Below are positions 48,284 through 58,245 of a DNA stretch of 64,000 nucleotides, piece after piece. Below the pieces are notes generated by a model. It was given only the letters and a program-made list of their open reading frames with translations, did not search any database and was not told where the DNA came from. Made by a program: the position numbers and the translations under genes. The stretch is from Ramazzottius varieornatus (lineage: Eukaryota; Animalia; Tardigrada): the NCBI GenBank assembly GCA_001949185.1, contig BDGG01000005.1, positions 2,891,972 through 2,955,971 of the forward strand. The letters run 5' to 3'. Numbering within the stretch: position 1 is the stretch's first letter; every line of letters begins with the position of its first letter.

Positions 48284-49519
48284 TCACTGAACGTGCAAAT
48301 TGGCAAGTCCCAAGAAGACGTCTTCATCAACCCAGGTTGCTTCTTCTTCGCATTGCCACCTGACCAAGTACTGCCGCTTGACCCGAGTATCGACCATTCT
48401 TTCAGTTTCTTCCGGTTCCGGAGTGCTCGGTTTCTGTTCTTCGGTCGCTTCCTCTTATTTGGACGGCTGACGGAGTACGACCCGTGCTTTGTTTGTCTTC
48501 GGTCCATTCTCCTTCTTCTCCATCTTCTGGTGTCTGGCTGGTTGTTACAGGAGATTCCGTTTGCTTGTCATCAGAGCGCATTTGTGCTTCAACCCACTTT
48601 GCTGCAGGACCGGAGCCTCTGCACTTGTAGCCCAGCTCGCGTAGACGATTGTAGACGCTCTCATAACCCACTTTGTGGGCTGTCGCCGCGGACGTGGCGG
48701 TCGTTTTTTGCTCAACAACCTCGCGGACAGCGGCTTCCAGGTTCTCTCTGTTTCGCCTGTCAAGAAACTGAACGCCCTGGTCGATCAGCGCGCATCTTAA
48801 TGCGACTGGTTGGACTTTGTGTAGTTTTGCGCTGGCGCAGAAACAAAAGGAGTGACTCAAAAGGAGTGACAACGCACTCCTTTTGAAATGACATCGTTGA
48901 CAGCCTGTCGTAGTGATTCTGCTTTTCTCGGATCGATCTTGACCGTTCTGTAAACAGTCACCACGATCTGGCCGCATTAATCTCAACGTATGTAAGGCAT
49001 TTCTTTTCATGTTAGTTACCGTCTGCACGCTCGGGATTTCTTCACAGTGGCCACCGCGCCTTTCTCCAAAAGTACCTGTTCAAGTTCTGCCAACGTGAGT
49101 TGGTACTCACCCTGGGCACGCCTCAATTCTTGCTTCCTGTTAATGACGGCATCTGCTGCAGCATCCAAGGCTTTACTGCAAACAATCACAACGGGAATGC
49201 ACAACATTAACACAGAAATTTGTTATCAATGACTTTTCATTTCGCGAACACAGGAAAACATGTTAGAGGATGAAGTTGTACGAAATAATGCACATCTTAC
49301 CGCTTTTCATCGTCAACAAGCGGCATAAATGTTGATCTCCGCCCTGCTGGACGACTCGTTGGTGCGCTTCCCGGTTCTTGCACCAGGTCGCTTACAAGGA
49401 GAAGGCTCGACGCTCCTGTTGCCAGAAGACTCCTGGCCAGAATCACTAAGGCAGTCATATTTGTCAGACGAACTGCTGCTGGATGCCCATATCGCATCTG
49501 CAGAAACGTCCCGCGCCAT
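48284..49519 (-). pseudogene. HTHx3-chromodomain paralog with about 3 frameshifts
   Basis: Same exon structure as the 54.3-55.5 kb gene (DDEKR|gt; KALDAAADAVINRKQELRRAQGEYQLTLAELEQVLLEKGAV...RR|gt). HTH2 is disrupted at about 48845-48886; HTH3 reads NLEAAVREVVEQKTTATSAATAHKVGY. The chromodomain ETERMVDTRVKRQYLVRWQCEEEATWVDEDVFLGL lies in another frame. Confidence 0.75.
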
Positions 49520-51036
49520 TACTGTCGAATAAATTTTGCGAGCTGGAAATCACGATTTTCTTGTGGCACGAGGAGGGAGGCCTAACTTTTCTAACGAGAA
49601 TACTTTGTTACGCCAAGTTCTCAAGGTAGCGCTGCTCACTGCGAATCCACACTGTAGCCAGCTGACGACTGAGCAGAAGTTGGCAAAGTTTTAGCCAGTC
49701 AGCATTCGCGATTCACTTTGGGCCTTGATTCAATGATTGACGAGTTTACGACAGAACTTCTGCATGTTTTCGTGACAGTTACAGTTGTCGCCGTATCTCC
49801 CTGTAGGGTGGATCAGGTCCTGCTTCAGAGTCTGTCCACGCTACAGGATGCAGCCAGAAGCTCATACCTCATTTGAGAGAGGCGGAGAGGAGAATAAGTG
49901 GGGCTATTGCATGCAGTTTCGCTTCAACAAATCGTGGTTTAATTCTCTTCCGATGACGTCTTGCGTCACCGGAAGATAAACTGTCATTTAAGTCAGGCAT
50001 ATGTCTGTTTCGTCACACTTGCTACTTACGGTTCTGCGCTCGACATCTTCGGGCTACAGTTTGATACCTGGACAGCTTCTACTCCACCATCGTGAACCGA
50101 GATACAAGGTAATCATCATTCTCAATGAGATACCGAGTGCCGCAGTCTGTCACTGGATACCAGCTGAGCAGCGTTACAACGATAACTTCGGGAAGTTGTA
50201 GAGCTCGTTGCATTTGTGGCAACACATCTCGCACCCATGATAGATGAGTAAGGTAGATTCCGCAGGAGGGAAGGACAGAAAACAAAGGAAGATGTTGCGA
50301 GCGAGAGATTACTCAAGACATAGTAAACTCTTAGCCGTTCCGATTTTCAGTAGAAAACAGAAGAAAATTGAATCGGGACACCGGGACAGGCCGTCATATC
50401 CGTGCGATTTCTACTTGGTCTGGCCTATATGTGGTTTAGTGGCTTTGCTTGCTCTGCCCTCTGCAGAAAGTGTTCTCCCTAATGTCAGACTCCATTTTGA
50501 AAATGCGAATTTCAATTGAGACTCAAAAAGTCATATCGGAACAACACTGCTCTTCACGAATGTCTCCCGTCACGATCTGGTCGATCTCCCGTCGATTTTC
50601 AGTTCTGTCTGGCTCGTTATTCGTCGGTTTGGCCAGTTAGCAAAGAAAGGTCTCGCTTCTCGTACCTATGAGAACTGATGGCACCATGTATGTTTCGCCA
50701 TGTAATTTAGGTGTTCGGGCGTTCGGCCAGTGGGGATCCTCACGGCATCTGCTTCTTGTTCCATTGCAGTTACACGTAGCACTACCAGCCACCGGGAGCG
50801 GTGTGGTGGTGATGGAAGCTTGGAAGTACCGATTTGATGGAACGCTCGCTGAAAAGGACGGAAAATGTAAAGTAAGATGCGGAGGTACGGTATGGTGCAT
50901 ACATAATATTCGGTGCAGAGTTCTCAATATGGCGAAAGATAGCGCAAGCGTGACGCCTGCTTGTGAAAAAAAGAAACCGCCATAGACTTTCTCCATGCCA
51001 TGACTTAGGGTCAAGCTCTGGTACTGTAAAACAAAA

Positions 51037-52082
51037 ATGGCTTGTCATTCGTCGCTGCTGGCTCTGCCATTTCTGCGTAGTGTTAGTGGTGAGTTTACCC
51101 AGCAGCAGCAGCTGAAATTAGGGTAGAAGACAATGCCTGTTGATACCTGTGTTGATTATGTATGCCTTTGACATCGCTTTTACAGGTATGACACAAAATC
51201 TGGGACCTCTGCGCAGGTATTGCGCTCTTTCCTTCATGGAGTCTGAATCCCTGTGCACTTTTCGACAATTTTCTCGATTAGACCGACCAACCAAAACTAC
51301 AAATTTTCGTGCCAATCAGTTATCGGAATCGTTGGTGAGCGTGGGTTGTTGCTGACTTTAATACTTTCGTGGTCGGCCAGCGATCATGAAGAGCGGAGAT
51401 TTTTCTATACTCCCGATAATTTTGGGTAAAGTACTCAACATAGCTTTGATAACCTTCGTGATATCATGAATCTAAATCGGCGACGACTTATCTGCTTTCA
51501 ATTGTTGCATAGGTTTGTTGGGCAGCCGCATTCTGTCTGCATATCCACATGGCGCGATCGCACTTCCCACCGTTTTCGGATACGGTTTGTCGAGGCCGAC
51601 CACAGGTATTCGAGAATGGATCAACTGCTAAGTTGAGGAACTCGGTTTCGGCAGTTCAAGTTCTTGTTCTCTTTGTTTTAGGAGGCTACAACCAGCCGGA
51701 ACCCATCTACATTCAAATAACGAACGTAGTGAGCCCTCAGGTGACCAGCAATGCGGTGTCGAACGCCAATTCCGCCACCGGTCTACCGGGATCCCTCGGA
51801 AGTGGCACGAAGGATCTACGCGGTCTTTTGCTTCTGTCCGGGACCCAGCTGGTTCCTTATCAAGGAAGTGCAAAGGACGTCAAAGTGGTCCACATTCCCG
51901 TACTGGTACCCGTCAACGCTACGTCGCCAACAGGGAGCAGTCTCACTCCATCCAGTACCGTGACACCTCTTTCTCCAGCTTATCAACCTGTCCAACCATC
52001 AAGCAGCAAAGTGGGCAACAGCCTGCCTGCACAGTCAGAAATGACCACAAAGAAGAAAGCATGGACTTTTCCCTCGAAGTAG
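51037..52082 (+). CDS. Putative small secreted S/T/P-rich protein (exons 51037-51088, 51513-51605, 51682-52082)
   Basis: Three exons join in frame via phase-1 GT-AG introns; weak signal-peptide-like N-terminus; low-complexity body. Confidence 0.45.
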
Positions 52083-52146
52083 GGCACGTCAGCCATCACT
52101 AGGTCCGTGTGAAGAAGCAACTTGAAGCGGCTTGTGTACGCTCGGC

Positions 52147-53088
52147 CAGGGTTGCTCCAATATGACTTTTTCGATTCTAATTGCAATTACGATTAATCGG
52201 AATACTTCGGGCGGCAACAATTTCAGTTATCTGAGACCCAGCTAAGCTGAATTTGCAATTACAATTAATCGGAATTCAGCTCGCATCAGCAATTGAAATT
52301 ATTTCAATTGTTGTGGTTCATTTTTGAGATTTGAATATTCCCGAAATATCGTGTTTTAAAGCGACTCAAGCCTATCGTTCCATAAGCGTGGAATGGATGT
52401 TGGATGTTTAGCTCAAAACATGTTGTACGCAAGGCGTCAAACACGGATGCGCTGATGGAAGCAGGTATTGTAATGCTTCCTGGACCCTTGCGCGTACGTC
52501 GTCGTACACGCGAAACATCCCTTAGGGTTTTGGTAGGTAAAAATATCGGGACCACGGTTGAACTTCGCGTCTACATCGATGCACCGCGCGTGATTCGCAA
52601 AACAAAACTGTAAGCCTCGTGCCTTTCTCCGCCGTGCGACATGCACATACGCACGCATGTTCGCCCAATCAAGCGCCAAAGACCGCCAGAAACTCCGAAG
52701 CCTGTTACACCCACGTGCATTTTACCGCGCTGTAGCGCGTAAATTTAAGACTTTAACTAGACACATTCTTCACTCTAATTAGCAATTACAAGTACTGTAA
52801 AAACCCGCTGCGTCCGCGCAATACGTCAGCGCATACGTGAAGCACAGACCCGGTCCGGTTTTACTGCCTGTCCAACCCCCCACGGCGGTGCATCGTCACG
52901 TACGTGTACGTACTGCGCGGATGCAGCGAGTTTTTACAGTACTTCCGTTTTCGGAATTCTAATAAAATTCTAATTAATATTGGAATTACCCAGCTTGGGA
53001 TTCCCAATTTCAGTTGTCATAGTGGAATTCAAAAACGGTCGTTTTCGGCCTTTTTCATCTATCAATTGTAATTATCGGAGCAACACTG
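52147..53088. mobile_element. hAT-like MITE with AATT-rich subterminal repeats
   Basis: TIR CAGGGTTGCTCC / GGAGCAACACTG (11/12); the direct repeat GCTCGGC lies near both ends (TSD register ambiguous). Confidence 0.65.
52795..52939. mobile_element. Small TA-flanked MITE nested in the hAT MITE
   Basis: ta|ctgtaaaaacccgctgcgtccgcgca ... tgcgcggatgcagcgagtttttacag|ta. Confidence 0.8.
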
Positions 53089-53103
53089 CCGGCTCGGCCT
53101 TAG

Positions 53104-53571
53104 ATAATAATAACCGCTTTATTGTTCAATGAGCTCACAAAGTCGAGCGAATAAAGAACAATGTTTGAAAAAGAGTGGCTAGAGCGCCGTAGAAAAAGAT
53201 CAAAATAGGCGAAAAGCACCTAGAAAAAATACAAAATGTCCAAATTTACACAATCAACAAGCGGTGGTCAAGATGGTCCTTAGACCATTTCAGAGCTGAA
53301 AAGTTAAGAGACTTCAGATATTTTTCAAATGAGCCAATAGTAAGCAGATCTGTGGCCGAAGGACTAAACAAAGGGTCTTTCAACAAATTCATCGCGATGT
53401 AGGCGAAGGACGACAGCGTGGTGTCGAGAAGGGTGCAAAAAGCTGGGGCGATGCTGCCTGGCGCGAGGACAAACTCCTTGGACTGCGTTCTCGATCTACC
53501 TGGCAGCTCCTTCTTCATGATGTGGCTTCCCCCTGCAAAGACACCTGCTCTGATTTTATGAGCATTAATCA
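53104..53571 (-). mobile_element. Second, heavily 5'-truncated copy of the CR1/L2-like LINE
   Basis: Near-identical to about 31791-32258, including the 3' UTR and (TTA)n tail. Confidence 0.95.
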
Positions 53572-54311
53572 ATATACCAGATACACAGTCCGCTCGCTCG
53601 AGATTCGTACATTGCCTTCAGAATTCATCTTAAGGTCCGCTATACACTGATCACACAGCATGCCAAGCTTAGGGCCAAAATTACATCACACATGCATTAC
53701 ACCGCACTTTAACTGGCGTGATCAAGTAATCAAGTCGCTTGTGTCCGACTGCGTGGTATGGCCAGCCGTATCGTTAACCTTGCATGATTTTCCCATCTTG
53801 AAATCAGAAAAACGTGTACGGATCTCGAGCGAGCGGACTGTACAGTACAATGTCAAAAATGCTGCCCTGCTCATGATCACGTGTCTTACAGCACCAATCA
53901 ATAGAGAGGCGTACCACGCGATCTTCTGCAGGGCAGTCTTTCTGGACAATGTAGTTTTTTCCACTATGATTCACCCAAATATTGTAACAATATTGTAATC
54001 TATCGAGCTGTGACGTGGGGAATTTTTTTGGCTAAAACACCTTCCACTTTGCAATGGAGTGATACTGTGGATAGCATGGAACTAGGTGGAGCAATATGTG
54101 GCATAAATAGGCAATATCTTCAAAAGTGAATATCAAATCGAGATTTCGAAGAAGACCGCTGTATGTCGGCAGAACCTTCAAAAAATCGGCGTGTACGTTT
54201 ACAAGAGCTTACGCCATTTTGCGCGAGAAGAAGGTCTGAAAACAGCGACGGATCTTGTAAACGTTCAGGAACGACGAATAAGTTCTTCACAAGAAACAGC
54301 TAGAGAAAACG

Positions 54312-55537
54312 TCATTTGATAGTCAGGTTGGAGAGTCCCAGGAAAACATCCTCGTCCACCCAGCTTGCTTCGGTCTCTCCCTGCCATTTCACCAAATACT
54401 GCCGCCTGGTTCGAACATCCACGATCCGCTCGATTTCCTCGGTAGCTTCTTGATCGAGAGACCTTTCCTCCCTAAGCTTGCCTTCCTTCTGCGCATGCGA
54501 CAGTGTATTCTCGTAAATGTTGTCGCTCCAGTCTTCCTTCTGGTTGCTCTCTGGTGTTTCGCTGGTAGCAGGTTGGTCTTTCTCGTTGACAGATCCACTT
54601 TGCGCTTTCATCCATTGTTGCGCTCCTCGAGGGCCTTGAGGGCCTTTCTGAACGCAACCCCGCTCCTGCAGACGATTTTTTAGTCGCCGATGACCCACTT
54701 TGTGTACCTGGGCGGCAGTGTTCGCGGAGAACCGGCCCTCCAGGACGTCACGAACAGCGGCTTCCAGGTTCCCTCGCACAAGCGGTGAAGGAGCCGGAAT
54801 ACCCCGTTCAATGAGTGCCCGTTTTATTCGGTGCTGGTGGATCTTGTGTTTGTGAGCGCTGGCCCGCATGGACATGCCTTTTGAAACGACATCATCGACT
54901 GCCGCCCACAATGTCTTATCATGCTGCGGTTTCCATGCTCTGGAAAAATAAGTCGTACAATAAATGCAGAACGACAATGGCAGCTAGCCCATTGATGCTT
55001 TTATATGGTGCCGTTCTAGTATTAGTACAGTGTAACAACTTTGTGCTGCGGTGCTTACCGTCGACCTCCTCTCGATCTGTTGACCGTTTCCACCGCGCCC
55101 TTTCCAAGCAGTGCTCGATCAAGCTCGATGAAGGTTAGTTCAAACTTTTCGCGAACGCATGTGGGTCTTTCTTTTCTCGTAAGAATAGCATCGACCGCGG
55201 CATCCAGAATTTCGCTACAGAACAGAAGACAGATCCAGACGAGTTAAGGGATAATCCTCGATATTTTTCGTTGCCTTAAGTGGTCAGATACCAAACGTAC
55301 GTCTTTCGTATCTCATACCTACCGTTTCGGGTCATTATTCAAGGTTGCGGACGAGGTCGCATTACTATCGGCATGCCCGCTGCTTGTTCCGGCGGCGCCA
55401 CTGTTGGTTCCGTAACTGACCTTCTCCGAGGTGCCCATACCAGACGTGGCGCAGTCTGTTTCCTGATCGCGGCTCTTGGTAAATTTGGCGGATGAATCGC
55501 AAGATGATGTTGCCTCCTTGTCTGAAATGTCCGCCAT
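54312..55537 (-). CDS. Intact HTH(psq-like)x3-chromodomain protein, 332 aa (exons 55537-55323, 55214-55059, 54939-54312)
   Basis: Exons total 999 nt, in frame through two phase-2 GT-AG introns. HTHs: ILDAAVDAILTRKERPTCVREKFELTFIELDRAL, LWAAVDDVVSKGMSMRASAHKHKIHQHRIKRAL, LEAAVRDVLEGRFSANTAAQVHKVGHRRLKNRL. Chromodomain: EIERIVDVRTRRQYLVKWQGETEASWVDEDVF. Confidence 0.8.
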
Positions 55538-55745
55538 TACCAACAAACGCTAGCAAGTTGTTGCTTGCTATCCTGAAAACCTTAGCACGACTTTCTACCT
55601 CATGTATATACGAGTGTGAGGAGTTCTAAAAGGTTCGTCCATACTACTGTATAAATCGAGTCGAATTGCTGTACATGTGAGATACATCGACGTTACACCG
55701 CATGTGGACACTGAAAAGGTAAGGACAGTTAGCTGCTCGGAGAAG

Positions 55746-55799
55746 CATCCTGGCTGACCGTACGGTACATCCTGGCTGACCGTACGGTACATCCTGGCT
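55746..55799. repeat. 22-bp tandem repeat, about 2.5 copies
   Basis: (CATCCTGGCTGACCGTACGGTA)2 CATCCTGGCT; each unit contains the palindrome ACCGTACGGT. Confidence 0.95.
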
Positions 55800-56049
55800 T
55801 GAGACATTGCCCGACCTACAAACGCTCTACACAGAACAAGTATCGTTTCACCGGATTTCTTGACAGTGAGGAAGTAGTTGCCTATGCAATTGTATCAGAA
55901 CACAATAAAACTCTTCTATACACTAGAATTTCTTAAACGCAATGCTCATCAGTTTATCTAAAGCCAGGATGAAGCTCCCTGTGTGCAAGTTCTTATTCTT
56001 CAGGGTCGTCAGGTCCTGTATGCTCTAGTTTTGCACCACATTGACATTA

Positions 56050-58245
56050 TTATGATCGTATTCTTGGAAGTTCCACGCTGTAAAGAGCAACGGCCGGTGA
56101 GCTCGTCGAGGCGCCATTCAGCGGATCTTGCAAAGCCGGGCCTCTCAACCCAGGTGTAGAACAGCGCCGAAGCAGCTCGTTGCCCACCGGCACCAAACTG
56201 TCGAATTTGGGCTGGACCTGCTCTTCTTCGCTGGGGCTGGATGGCCGGCGATCATCTACACTGCCACGATGGCTCAGCAGTGCCACCTGTGGTGTGCAGG
56301 AGCGACGTCGGTATTGCGGTCGCGGAAGGGGAGGAGGGACTGGCTGGATGGGAAGGCCAGCGTCCAGTTGGGCCTTCTCGTCGGCAGCCCTTTGCTGAGC
56401 CTGGAGGCGAAGGAGCTCTTTGGGGGAGCAACGTGGTGTCGAGTCGATCATTTGAAATTTGTCAAAGTAATCGTGGTCGATGCGAACGACACCGTCGACG
56501 CCGGGCCGAACCACCTTCTCGAAGCGGGAACCCCAGCGGATTTCACTGGGTAAGTAAGATGTGCGGGCTTGGGTCGTCAGGCCGGTAGCTTCAACGATGC
56601 CTTCCAGTATCACTGAAACACATCGAAATGACACACTTGAGAGGGAGAATGTTCTCGACAAGGTAGAAGATACTGTGGGAAAAACGGTGGAACACAGCTC
56701 GAGTGACCTTTATTGAACAGGTTGTTTACCCGACTTGGCTATTGCAGCGAAGAAAATTATGTTAAAAGTACGAGTGAATAAGACACAGGTTTCAAAGGAT
56801 GCCAGAATATAGTAATGTTTTTTTCTGGATTGAATGAGAAAGGCAACGAGGGTTTTGCTCAGACTTACCAATAATTTCAAGGCGCTGGTGAAGTATTTCA
56901 TCAGCGGAATATTCGAACAAGGGACTTCGTTCGTCAATTTCATGAGTAATGATGTTGGGCCAGACGAGGAAGAGTCGGTCTGTGCCGTCGGAGAAGCCGA
57001 CGTCCATGTCGTAGGAATAGAAAGGTATCTCTTCGCCTTCAGCTGTCAAACGTTCCTTCATACACATGACCCGTATGTGGGCTTCCACCAAGTGCGACCT
57101 ATGACGAAAACGCTGCTTAATAGTTGGGACGATCCGTGGTCAGAAAGAAAACAGAGCGAGGTTAGGCTTGAGGAAATCGCGATCTTACCGTCTCATGTCG
57201 CCAATCCTGAACTGAAAAACCATCTTCCCATCTCTTTGACAAACGCATGCTGCAAAACAGAAAAAAAAATTTCGACACGTAGGTTTTGATACTGTCAAAG
57301 GTAATTTTTAGCCTCTTGTTTCAGAACTTCTTCCCCTCGAAACTGACTTACGAGATGACTTTGGAATTTTTCTACTGTTGAACTGTAAAACTTTATGCTT
57401 TGAAGCAGACGCGTGTTCAACCGATGTGTGAAGTTGAAGACATTAATCGTACCTTCTTTGGAGAACATGAGCGTTTCCGAGCGCATCTTGGGTCGGGATA
57501 ATTTAGCGAATAATACACCAACCAGTATCGATTGTAAGGCTACTCCTGTCAAGCATTGGAAGCACAAGACAATAATCACGTGAGGACATTCGGTATTTGC
57601 AAAGCGGTATCCGTATCCGATGGTATGCTGGGTCTCTAGAGAATACAGGAAGGCCGACGTGAAGTCTTTGATTTTATTGATACACGGCGTCCACTCTTCT
57701 TCCGTCAAATTCCCCTTGGTCAGATCATCGTGAAGCCAGGCGAAGAAGAAATAGACAAATGCATACAATAACCACGTAGAGAAGAAGCCAAAGGCAAAGA
57801 TCAGGGCGCACCAGCGCCATTTACAGTCCACCAGCGTTGTGAAGATATCGGCTAGATATTTGTAGCCTTTCCTCTTGACGTTGCTGTGCCGAACATTGCA
57901 TTCGCCGGTCTTGGAGACAAAGCGCATGACCGGTGTCGGACCGGTCTTGGGAGAGGGAAATGTGAAGGTGCGGTTGAGGAATAGAGGGGAGGTGGAACGA
58001 CTGCGCGACTCCGTGCCGGAGGAGCGGGAAGAAGGCACACTGAGATATCCATTGCGGCGTTTGTCGTGTTGTGGCGGAGGGACTTCTAATCCGCTTCCGG
58101 CTTCGACGTCCAGCAGGGATAGGGTTATTCCCGAGGCCGCGATGGGATCGGCGCGGGAACCAAAGGTTAGTGGCGCAGCTTCGACACTTCGCCGTGGCTT
58201 CTTCATCAGGTTCATCATACTATTTACAAGCAGCTCAAAGATCAT
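56050..58245 (-). CDS. Inward-rectifier potassium channel, Kir/Irk-like (exons 58245-57453, 57249-57189, 57098-56869, 56612-56050)
   Basis: RFVSKTGECNV, DIFTTLVDCKWRW, pore SAFLYSLETQHTIGYG, RIGDMRRSHLVEAHIR, HEIDERSPL, VILEGIVEATG..TQARTSYLPSEI; all splices are GT-AG and in frame. Confidence 0.95.

Noticed and set aside
48293-48886. 197-aa plus-strand ORF
   Set aside because: Antisense shadow of the HTH-chromo pseudogene.
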